A stretch of 32,000 nt of DNA from Candidatus Harpocratesius repetitus (GTDB lineage Archaea > Asgardarchaeota > Lokiarchaeia > Sigyniarchaeales > Promethearchaeaceae), in the NCBI GenBank assembly GCA_021498095.1, contig JAIZWK010000001.1, forward strand, positions 2,220,001-2,252,000. Direction: 5' to 3'. This document shows, one piece after another, positions 18,752 to 27,188 of the stretch (its first letter is position 1; each line of letters begins with the position of its first letter). A program made the translations under genes and the position numbers. The notes under the pieces are model-generated. The model made no database searches. It was not told the DNA's origin and worked only from the letters and a program-made list of their open reading frames with translations.

Positions 18752-19558
18752 TTATTTCTTTATTTGAAATTCCTCTTTTTCGATAATTAATTTTTTCTTT
18801 TTTTTTCCAGAACTTGCACTAAAATCATTTATTATCTTAAAAATCACAGTAGAATCTGGATCTACTTCATTCCATAAACAATTTATTATCTTTTCTTGAG
18901 AAATCATGATGTAATTTGAATTTTGCGCCCAATATAGCGTATAATAATCAGACTGTTTTGTAAAACTACGAATTGCACCTAACTTTTGATTCATTAAAAT
19001 TGCTGCTGAGACTGAACTATGTTTAATTTTCCTATTTTTTATCCAAGAAATCACTTTTTGCCATGAATTTATTAAATCTCCGTTTTGTTTAAAGAAAAAT
19101 TCAACCATTGATCCATAGATTTCACTATCAATCATATTCATTCGCTTTAAAGAAAATGTTGGAAAAGTTTTCTTAAAATTATCAATATCATCATCTGAAA
19201 AATAAATTGTTCCATTATGCATGAAAAAAAATTCACTAAATTCGAATGGGTGTGTGTTTTCTAATGCTTTTAAACCACTTGAAGCTTTTCTAAGATGACA
19301 AAAAATCTGTCCTGCAAATGTGCCTTCTAAATATGGATTGAGTTTATCCAATAATTGATCGTTGATAATAGATTTTGTATTTTTTAATATTATGGCTTTA
19401 TCCCATTTAAAATTAGGTACTAATACAACTCCCCATCCATCTTGATGACCAGGAGATTCATCTGCTGGAACATTGCCATATATTGCTAATTGGGAAAATT
19501 TTTCAATGATCTCTTTCAAAGGAATCTCAGATCCCATAGCTGCAAACATACGACACAT
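18752..19558 (-). CDS. Class II (Ntn) glutamine amidotransferase, YafJ/EgtC-like
   Basis: N-terminal MCRMF nucleophile, HQDGWG, HLRKAS, NTHPF, HNGTI, DSE. Confidence 0.88.
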   Translation of the reverse strand: MCRMFAAMGSEIPLKEIIEKFSQLAIYGNVPADESPGHQDGWGVVLVPNFKWDKAIILKNTKSIINDQLLDKLNPYLEGTFAGQIFCHLRKASSGLKALENTHPFEFSEFFFMHNGTIYFSDDDIDNFKKTFPTFSLKRMNMIDSEIYGSMVEFFFKQNGDLINSWQKVISWIKNRKIKHSSVSAAILMNQKLGAIRSFTKQSDYYTLYWAQNSNYIMISQEKIINCLWNEVDPDSTVIFKIINDFSASSGKKKKKLIIEKEEFQIKK

Positions 19559-19755
19559 TTTTTTATCATTATTTTGCTGTTGTTTTAAGAAATAGACCTA
19601 TTTTAATTTAATGAGAATAAAAAAGAAAAAAATCCAAAAACCCAAAGAATTTGGAGATTTTATCTTTCCCGATAGGAGGAAAGGTAGTTTCTGCCTAATA
19701 CTTCTAAAATCTTCAAAGAATATTTAAAAATAATAAAAGCTAGACGATCAACCAT

Positions 19756-20013
19756 TTAAGAACGATTATATTTTTCCCGAATTGAAGATTTCTCTGTAAC
19801 TTTTACATCTCGGGCTTCTTGACCCTTTTCCCCATCAACAAGTTCAAATTCGACTCGTTCACCTTGGTAAAGGGTTTTAAAAGATCCTTCTGTTTCAGGA
19901 ATAATTGCAGAAAAATGTACAAAAACATCTTTCCCTTCTTCTTCGACACCATCGGGTGTGATAAAACCGTAACCCTTTCGAGAGTTAAACCACTTAACAA
20001 CTCCTTGCGCCAT
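19756..20013 (-). CDS. cspA: Cold-shock domain protein (CspA family)
   Basis: [15 protein letters not shown] (RNP1), DVFVHFSAI (RNP2), [13 protein letters not shown]. Confidence 0.93.
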   Translation of the reverse strand: MAQGVVKWFNSRKGYGFITPDGVEEEGKDVFVHFSAIIPETEGSFKTLYQGERVEFELVDGEKGQEARDVKVTEKSSIREKYNRS

Positions 20014-20236
20014 ATTACAATTACCTACTAAATAATTACTTTATTACTGGAGGAAAGTGAAAACTACAAAAGGAGTAATTTACAAAATCTACCAGTATGA
20101 TCAATTAATTAAAGGTGCTAAAAAAGGATTGTGAAGAATTCTTAACAATTAGTCTAATTTATGAAAAAAATTCATAATTTAATAAATAATTAAAAGTGGG
20201 AAAAATTATTCAGAATTCAAAAGGAGTTATTAATTA

Positions 20237-20473
20237 ATGAGTCAAAAATGTAAATCTGAACAAAGTATATGGGATGAAATTGATAGAAAAATCGTAAAAT
20301 CTAAAGAAATTAGTGAATTGAACATGTTTTTATTCCAAAAAACCCGTCTTTTCCCATTTTTTTCTTCAATCCTTGAATATAGAAAATTTAAACAATTTAT
20401 TTTAAATTATAAAAATAAATCTCAAAAAATTAAAGTTTATTCAAACTTACTTTCACCTAAAAGGAAGAATTGA
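20237..20473 (+). CDS. Hypothetical protein (78 aa)
   Basis: Non-overlapping ORF with GGAG upstream of the ATG; no recognisable motif. Confidence 0.4.
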   Translation: MSQKCKSEQSIWDEIDRKIVKSKEISELNMFLFQKTRLFPFFSSILEYRKFKQFILNYKNKSQKIKVYSNLLSPKRKN

Positions 20474-20539
20474 ATGTAAGAAAAAAACAATTTTAAAAAA
20501 CAAATTGATATTTAAAATAAAAAAATATTTTAGATCAGG

Positions 20540-20806
20540 TTATTTGGAATCTAATTTGAATAAAATGCTATTCGAAGAAATAAAGAATGTATCTTTTTTC
20601 TTTAAAACAATAGTGTGGTAATATTCAGCTAATCCTAAAAAGCCTCTTATTACCGATTCATCATCCTCAAAAGTAAATTGAACAATAGTTCCATATCGTG
20701 GTTCAGAAATTACCGATTTGGAATAAACACGTTCGTCTACTAAGGGTATTTTTAGTTCTTGGACAATTTCATATACACGTTTAATAAATAATTCTTTTTT
20801 TGCCAT
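20540..20806 (-). CDS. Hypothetical protein (88 aa)
   Basis: Globular-looking composition; ATG at 20806 is preferred over the TTG at 20839. Confidence 0.65.
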   Translation of the reverse strand: MAKKELFIKRVYEIVQELKIPLVDERVYSKSVISEPRYGTIVQFTFEDDESVIRGFLGLAEYYHTIVLKKKDTFFISSNSILFKLDSK

Positions 20807-21085
20807 GATATTCAAAACTCCATCGTTACGATCTTTCAAGTGGTTTTTTCATTCCACCCGTTAAAGTGTAAAAATTGCTCTTTAACGGTGCTACCCCACT
20901 CTTAAAATCGTAAATTGAAATTTCCCTATTAGTATGATCTATATAAGCGGGTCGCTAAAAATATTTTGGGTGCTTAAGCATTTATAACTTTTGATCTGTA
21001 TTGAAGTGATACTTTTATATTGAATAATAACATAGATTCAAATACCTTCAATGTTGTATAAACGAATTGAAGTAAAGTGATTGTT

Positions 21086-21487
21086 ATGACTGATTGGATG
21101 TCTACTATTGATCCCGATACCATTATGGCCGCGTTTTCTGGGATCTTTTTGATTGTTTTTCTGGTAATATTTGTTATAATGCTGTTTGTAGAAACTTTAT
21201 TTCTCAAAATTGGGATTAATAAAGTGGATGGAAACAAAACTGAATTCGGCCCTGTATTTTTAACCGTAATTTTGATGAGTTTGGTTAGTTCAGTGCCATG
21301 TGCAGGAATTTTTCTTGCTTGGTGGGTTATCAGTACTCGACATGAAGTGAGTTATGGAAAAGCAATATTAGCATGGTTGATTGCTATATTATTGGCAATT
21401 CTTGTTGAAATTGTTCTTATTGTAATAATTTATTTCGCTGGATTAATCCCGACAGAATTAATGAATATGGCAACAACTTTCATATAA
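21086..21487 (+). CDS. Small integral membrane protein (3-4 TM)
   Basis: Long hydrophobic segments; T-tracts after the stop. Confidence 0.7.
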   Translation: MTDWMSTIDPDTIMAAFSGIFLIVFLVIFVIMLFVETLFLKIGINKVDGNKTEFGPVFLTVILMSLVSSVPCAGIFLAWWVISTRHEVSYGKAILAWLIAILLAILVEIVLIVIIYFAGLIPTELMNMATTFI

Positions 21488-21572
21488 AAAAACTTATACA
21501 TTTTTTTTTACCTTTTTTTACTTGTCTTTTATTTCTTCCCCTAAAATCAGATTTTTTACAAATTAAATATAC

Positions 21573-22100
21573 TTAAAATCCTTTATCTAAATTATAAGTT
21601 ATTTCTTTCATTCCAGGACATTCTCTCCAGTTTAACTTAAATTCGCATTTTTGACAAGTATGATATATTGAAATTGCTCTTAGAATACCATGTCCTAAAA
21701 AGGCGAATTGTAAAATAACAAAAACCATAATAATCCGACCAATTGGTGAAAAAGGTAATTTCCATAAAATACTTACCAAAAAGGCTCCACCTGCACCAAC
21801 CATTCCTTTAGAAATAATATTTAACCATTTAATTTTATGAAAATTGAATTTTCCTAAAATGTATCCTGAAGATAAAATTATACCAATTAAAACCAATGAC
21901 TTAGTTGTTAAATTTTGAAAATAGGATGTAATTAAACCAATAATGAGAATAATAAAAAATGTTGGAATCGCAGTAAAACATCCAATACAAAGATTAGTAT
22001 TATTTATTTTGATTGTATCATCTTCAAATTGTTCGCATTTAGGGTGATGTGCTAATAAGAAGTACTTGTTTCTGCGTAGAAAATTCCTTAATCTTCCCAT
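21573..22100 (-). CDS. Membrane protein with Cys/His motifs at both ends (DUF2085-like)
   Basis: HHPKC..LCIGC, four TM helices, then CQKC-x7-CPG; starts 2 bp after the MFS stop. Confidence 0.65.
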   Translation of the reverse strand: MGRLRNFLRRNKYFLLAHHPKCEQFEDDTIKINNTNLCIGCFTAIPTFFIILIIGLITSYFQNLTTKSLVLIGIILSSGYILGKFNFHKIKWLNIISKGMVGAGGAFLVSILWKLPFSPIGRIIMVFVILQFAFLGHGILRAISIYHTCQKCEFKLNWRECPGMKEITYNLDKGF

Positions 22101-22102
22101 TT

Positions 22103-23632
22103 TTAATCAATTTCAGCAAATTTTTCTTGTAAATTTTTAATTTTGGTACGATCTAATTGGGGAATCTTTTCGCGTTTTACTCTACTTAAGAAGGCTAAAG
22201 CAACCAACTGCCAGACTAGAACAAAAACAAATAGCATTCTATATTGATAACCAAGACCATAATAAGCAATTTTATCTGGGTTCAAATGAACGTAAAGATC
22301 GAATTCAATTCCTGCTGCTACTGGACTGATAATTGCTGCTGCTTGAGCAAAGAGATAATATGCACCTGTATATGCCCCAATTTTACCTTCTGGTGCTAAT
22401 TCCCAAATCATGACAACTGAGTTAATTCCAATCATAGCGTAAAATGCTCCTGTAAAAAAAACTACAACCATTGAAAGCCATAATCCTGCTGCTTCATAAT
22501 CGCCAATGTAGTGAAGAATTTCGACACAAATGGATAAACCGATTAATCCAATTGTTATTGTTTCCCTTCTACCGATTTTATCCGCTAATTTTCCTACAGG
22601 AACAGCTATTACAACCAAAGAAACAGGAGCCATCATTAAAGTTAATCCTGCTTGAGCATCGCTCCATCCCAACCATAATGTCGCAAAACTTGAATAATAG
22701 GTTTCAATCGAATTAAATCCAAAAAAACTTGAGAAAATTGCAAGAAGCATAAAAAGCGCAGATTTATCCTTTTCAGTAAATACAGTTTTTAAAAACCCCA
22801 TTTTATTTACTTTCTCTTCTTTTTTCTCTTTGATTTCTCCTAAATATTCTAAGGTAATCGGATCAATTGCTATTGGGTAATTTCCAATTTGGAGAAATTT
22901 GTCGCCAGTTGGTGTTTCTCGAATAGTGAAGAAAAGAACTAATAATGCAATTAACATTATCAGACTAACATAATTAAAACCCATGGATCGAGCGAGACGA
23001 ATTCCTTCAGGTGTGCTGGTATCAAATATTTTATCCATAATAATTGGTGCAGACATTCCTAAACTTAAAGCTAAAGCACCCATCAGATTGATTATTGAAT
23101 GTCCAGTGCTCCGAACTGCTGGATCCGTTAAATCTGGCATCAATGAAATTGCGCAATTACGATAAAATGCCATTGAAAAATTAAAAAACATGATTGTGAT
23201 AAATAAACCAGCAAATGTGCGCATATATGGAATTAAACTAAAAAAAATTGCTCCTGAAGTGCATCCAATCAAGATATAGGGCATTCTTTTTCCTATTTTG
23301 GAACGAGTATGATCGGATATAACTCCAAAGTAAGGTAACATAAGAATGGCTACAATATTATCCAAAATCATTATCATTCCTACAAAAGAATCTGCTCCTA
23401 AAAATCCAAATTGAAAATCTCCGATAAATTCTCTTAGTATTAATGGCATTATGAAATTGTAATATGCCCAAGCTGTTTGGGAAGTAAGAAAAGCTAAGCC
23501 GATTAAGATCGTCCTGCCGTAATTTAATTTACCTGGAGTATTAGGTTTCATTCTAGGTTTGTATTTTCCTTTGTTAGGAAATTTTGTTTGTTCCAAACTG
23601 GAGATAATATTGTTTTCAGAAATTGACACCAT
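22103..23632 (-). CDS. MFS transporter (GPH/sugar-type)
   Basis: About 12 TM segments; GVISDHTRSKIGKRMPY and GKLADKIGRR loop motifs; PDLT. Confidence 0.88.
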   Translation of the reverse strand: MVSISENNIISSLEQTKFPNKGKYKPRMKPNTPGKLNYGRTILIGLAFLTSQTAWAYYNFIMPLILREFIGDFQFGFLGADSFVGMIMILDNIVAILMLPYFGVISDHTRSKIGKRMPYILIGCTSGAIFFSLIPYMRTFAGLFITIMFFNFSMAFYRNCAISLMPDLTDPAVRSTGHSIINLMGALALSLGMSAPIIMDKIFDTSTPEGIRLARSMGFNYVSLIMLIALLVLFFTIRETPTGDKFLQIGNYPIAIDPITLEYLGEIKEKKEEKVNKMGFLKTVFTEKDKSALFMLLAIFSSFFGFNSIETYYSSFATLWLGWSDAQAGLTLMMAPVSLVVIAVPVGKLADKIGRRETITIGLIGLSICVEILHYIGDYEAAGLWLSMVVVFFTGAFYAMIGINSVVMIWELAPEGKIGAYTGAYYLFAQAAAIISPVAAGIEFDLYVHLNPDKIAYYGLGYQYRMLFVFVLVWQLVALAFLSRVKREKIPQLDRTKIKNLQEKFAEID

Positions 23633-23849
23633 TCTATCCCTTTACCTTGTTTTGTTTTAAGAAAATTTAACTTAACTTAACTTAATCATTAACGCTAGAA
23701 TACCCTCTCTTTCTAAAAAGAAGTAAATATAGATAACCTAAAGATTTTTGCTGAAAATGATATTTTTACAAATAAGTGTTTTGAGTAAAAATATATTGAT
23801 AGCTAAGATTAAAAATCAAAAATAATATGGGGAAAAGCATCTCTCATTC

Positions 23850-23871
23850 TTTATATAATAATCTCGAGATT
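23850..23871 (+). promoter_or_regulatory. TATA box followed by a perfect 12-bp palindrome (candidate operator)
   Basis: TTTATATA at 23850-23857; AATCTCGAGATT at 23860-23871. Confidence 0.45.
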
Positions 23872-23910
23872 CTTATAATAAGCATCAAAAAATGCTTTTT
23901 GTGATAAATT

Positions 23911-24496
23911 ATGAAAAAAACATCTCAAAGAATTCTACTTATTGCTTTACTTGGTATACTGTTATACTCTGCCGTTTATATTTCAAATGCAAATTCGAGT
24001 GAATCAAAGTCTCAGCGTTTCAATAAATTGTGATGCTCCGGGTTTAGTCGATAGAGAATTTGAAATGGATCTTAACACTTCGGAACCAATAACTGCAGAA
24101 ATGACAATTAGGACAGAAAATAGTGAAATAGGGCTCACAAATGGAAGTTTAGTCCAAAATCGAAATCGATTACAATATCGTTATCAAGAACAATTCATGA
24201 TTAATGTAAGTGTAAATGAATCAGTGCACCTTCAAGCGCGATTAGCATTAAAAATGGAAGATTCAAATGCAACTTGGGCTTATTATGATGAATCCACAGA
24301 AGAATTTGTACCTGTTGAAAGTACATATCAAAATGGTATGCTTGTTACATACACAGATCATTTCTCTTCATGGACAATTCTCACTTTAGAAGAAGAATCT
24401 GATAGCCCTGTAATTCCAGGATATATTTGGTTAGGTACTCCTTCATTAATTGGGATCGGAATTGCATTTTTAGTTATCCGAACAAAACGCGCTTAG
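23911..24496 (+). pseudogene. Frameshifted cell-surface protein: signal peptide, extracellular domain and IPGY-TM-basic C-terminal anchor
   Basis: ATG 23911 gives the signal peptide MKKTSQRILLIALLGILLYSAVYISNA, which stops at TGA 24031-24033. The mature domain (MQIRVNQ..TDHFSSW..IPGY..RTKRA) is in the +1 frame. Confidence 0.65.
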
Positions 24497-24594
24497 ATAA
24501 TTGAATAATCAATATATGGATAAAAATTGTTTTATCTATTAATTTATATCAACTTTTTTTTTCTTTTTTGCTTTACTGTTTTAAGTGTGAAATA

Positions 24595-25938
24595 ATGAAG
24601 AACTCTCACCATCGATTAAAAACGATAAGAAATGTAATAATCTTGCTATTCGTTCTTAGCATTGTAATCAATATAATGATTTCTCCTGTCAATTCTCAAG
24701 GTCCACCTGATACACCAGGAAAATTTAATGGAAATCAAGAGCATGGTCCTCAAACTTCTAAAAAATATAAATTCGGAGATAATCTATCATTTGAATTGAT
24801 ATCTAAAAATGGTGTTAATTTTTCAATTTCATACGATGAAAATTTAGCAGATAGAATGCTAGGAATGGAGATTAATAATACTGAGAATATAACTCTTCAA
24901 ATCGAATATTTAAGGTCATTTGATCATCCCATTGATAAAAAAATTAAACGAGGTTATGATTTTGATTTATTTGAATCATTTTCTTTCATGTCTGACTCGT
25001 ATTACTCCTTAAATTCTAATTTTCTTATAACAAATAATGAGAAAGAAAATGAAGATAATGAAATATTAATTGATTCAAACTTTGATTTAGAAACATATTT
25101 TACAATTACTCTGGAACCTGATAAAATTGAATCAATTGAAATATACACACTCTTAAATTATTCACAATCATATTCTTCAAGCGATAGTGATCAATATCTT
25201 TGGGTATATTATGATTCTAAATCTAATGAATGGATATCATTAAATACAGAAATTATTGAAAATGGTGTTTCATTTGTTCTTGATAGCGATTCCATTCCCG
25301 ATGAATTTACAATCACTGTTGTCAAAATCCGCAATGATTCATCAATTTTTCCTCTTCAAGAAAACTTGCTCTTCTATTTTATTTTAGGAATTATTGTTGT
25401 CGCTATCATCTTCGGAATTCTTATGTCATCCCAAGAATACCGCCAATTTCTTCTAAATCGTGTTCTTCATATAGATAAAGGTGCTCACAGACTTTCCATG
25501 GAAGATGTATTAGAAAATAAAAATCGCAATCAAATTATTGATATGGTTTTATCAAGTCCAGGTATTCATTTCAATGAGCTCTTGCGTAAAACTGGGCTTT
25601 CTGCTGGAAACCTTGCTTGGCATTTAGATATACTTGAAACCTTTAAAGTAATTCGAAAACAACGTATAGGTCAATATTTAGTATATTATCCATATCATGA
25701 ACGCAATCCCATTTCTAAATTAGATCCACTGCTCCAGAAAAGCCGAACTACCTTAGAAATTCTTCAGATGATTAACGACCATCCTGGAATTTTTCAAAAA
25801 CAAATAGCCCATCGGATGGATTTGGATCATAAAACTGTGAAATATCATATTGATAAATTATTTGATGCAAAAATTATAGTTAGTGAAAAAATCGGTCGAA
25901 AAAAGTTATATTATCCTGCAGATCATGTAAATGAATGA
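24595..25938 (+). CDS. Membrane-spanning transcription regulator: signal peptide, extracellular domain, TM helix, two cytoplasmic winged HTH domains
   Basis: Hydrophobic N-terminus; TM LLFYFILGIIVVAIIFGILM; wHTH1 PGIHFNELLRKTGLSAGNLAWHL; wHTH2 PGIFQKQIAHRMDLDHKTVKYHI. Confidence 0.8.
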   Translation: MKNSHHRLKTIRNVIILLFVLSIVINIMISPVNSQGPPDTPGKFNGNQEHGPQTSKKYKFGDNLSFELISKNGVNFSISYDENLADRMLGMEINNTENITLQIEYLRSFDHPIDKKIKRGYDFDLFESFSFMSDSYYSLNSNFLITNNEKENEDNEILIDSNFDLETYFTITLEPDKIESIEIYTLLNYSQSYSSSDSDQYLWVYYDSKSNEWISLNTEIIENGVSFVLDSDSIPDEFTITVVKIRNDSSIFPLQENLLFYFILGIIVVAIIFGILMSSQEYRQFLLNRVLHIDKGAHRLSMEDVLENKNRNQIIDMVLSSPGIHFNELLRKTGLSAGNLAWHLDILETFKVIRKQRIGQYLVYYPYHERNPISKLDPLLQKSRTTLEILQMINDHPGIFQKQIAHRMDLDHKTVKYHIDKLFDAKIIVSEKIGRKKLYYPADHVNE

Positions 25939-26169
25939 AACAAATACCTATTTTTGCGAATTTAATTATATAATCCTTTAAACGAAATATTTTTTCATTT
26001 TTTAATAAATTGCTCTAAAATTTAATATCTCGAATGATTGTGTTTGAAGAATTTCTTTTTTGAAAATATATGTGTTATTTCTCAGAACTGGATGAGATTG
26101 CAAGTTGAAATTGCCCTTTTCTAAATGAAGATCCAGATCTTATCGAAATCATTCATTATCCAGAAAATT

Positions 26170-26268
26170 GAACAATATATTAAGTTGTGTCAATATTTGA
26201 ACAACATATTATATCGTGCTAATAACAGAACAATATATTTTCTTGTTGGCTCAAAAGAACTTGATAAT
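26170..26268 (+). repeat. Non-coding array of 12-bp repeats with exact 29-bp period
   Basis: GAACAATATATT 26170, GAACAACATATT 26199, GAACAATATATT 26228, degenerate GAACTTGATAAT 26257. Confidence 0.7.
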
Positions 26269-26674
26269 ATCTGTATAGTCTTTAGATATTAAAAAAAATA
26301 TTTCAATCACAGAGCACGACAAAATCTAAATTTCCAAGAATAATGCTTTAAATATATATTTTATATAGAATTCATGAAAAAAGGCATAGATTATTAAAGA
26401 TTTTTAATAATTGAGTATTCTATTTTAAGATCGGAAGTTGTGATAAAATATGTCATGCACATATCATCTAACTTCACGAAATGATTCTTTCACGCCTTTT
26501 CGTAATCTCTTGAGAACATGTGGAGATATTTCATGTTGATTCTTTGTAAATCTTAGAATCATCTTAGATTGAAACTATTATGTTTGGGTTTTTTTTGATG
26601 AAAATTTTTTTTTAGTGCTAGAAAAAATAGAATAAAACCAATAATTTTTTATTTCAACTTGATGAAGATATTTC

Positions 26675-27022
26675 ATGGCTAAAAATTCAGGATTAGCAAG
26701 ATTGTTAGCAATTATTGGTGGTATTATTATACTTATTCAAGGTATATTAGCTTTATTAAATCACTTAGGTCTTTTTGCCTTTGGATTAGGAATTCCAGGA
26801 AAAGGAGGGTTTTTGGGAATTCTAGGTGATTTATTAAATGCGATAATTACTATTGTGGTTGGCTTATTAGTTCTGCTTTCAACTGAAACTATAAAATCGA
26901 AAAAAACAAAAATTGGTTTTAGTGGAATTGTATTATTAATTCTTGGAATTTTGGGGATAATTTTTGGTGGTCTTATTGGGGGAATCTTGGTTATAATTGC
27001 TGGAATTCTCTTAATGATATAG
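26675..27022 (+). CDS. Small Gly-rich integral membrane protein (about 4 TM)
   Basis: Almost entirely hydrophobic with many GxxxG-type motifs. Confidence 0.75.
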   Translation: MAKNSGLARLLAIIGGIIILIQGILALLNHLGLFAFGLGIPGKGGFLGILGDLLNAIITIVVGLLVLLSTETIKSKKTKIGFSGIVLLILGILGIIFGGLIGGILVIIAGILLMI

Positions 27023-27188
27023 CTTATTAGAAAATAATTTTTTTTCAGATTTCAATGAAATATAATCAATAAAAATTTTTCTGGTTTTTTTTGTTTTTTT
27101 TTAATTCTTTCTTAATTCTTTTTTAATTTCATCGTTCAGATTATATATTTTAATTTCTAGTTGCGTTCTTAATAATTATGATTAATTT

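Noticed and set aside
18749-18754. Abutting convergent stops (also 769/772 and 8189/8203)
   Set aside because: Common compact-genome arrangement, with no evidence for antisense regulation.
20045-20097. TACTGG/CCAGTA pairing in the csp leader as a thermosensor
   Set aside because: Only 6 bp of complementarity, which is not distinguishable from chance.
23667-23685. (TTAAC)3 microsatellite upstream of the MFS gene
   Set aside because: Too short and AT-rich to support a function.
26034-26183. Frame with three in-frame TGA codons (26061, 26106, 26169), considered as a selenoprotein because Lokiarchaeia use Sec
   Set aside because: No CxxU/UxxC motif, no recognisable selenoprotein family and no SECIS-like hairpin seen. 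Chance or a decayed gene is more likely.
26170-26268. CRISPR interpretation of the periodic repeats
   Set aside because: Repeats (12 bp) and spacers (17 bp) are far too short, the spacers are partly similar to each other, and there are no cas genes.
26450-26539. 29-codon ORF with three Cys (MSCTYH..CGDISC)
   Set aside because: No recognisable motif, weak initiation signals, and competing ORFs of similar size on the other strand.
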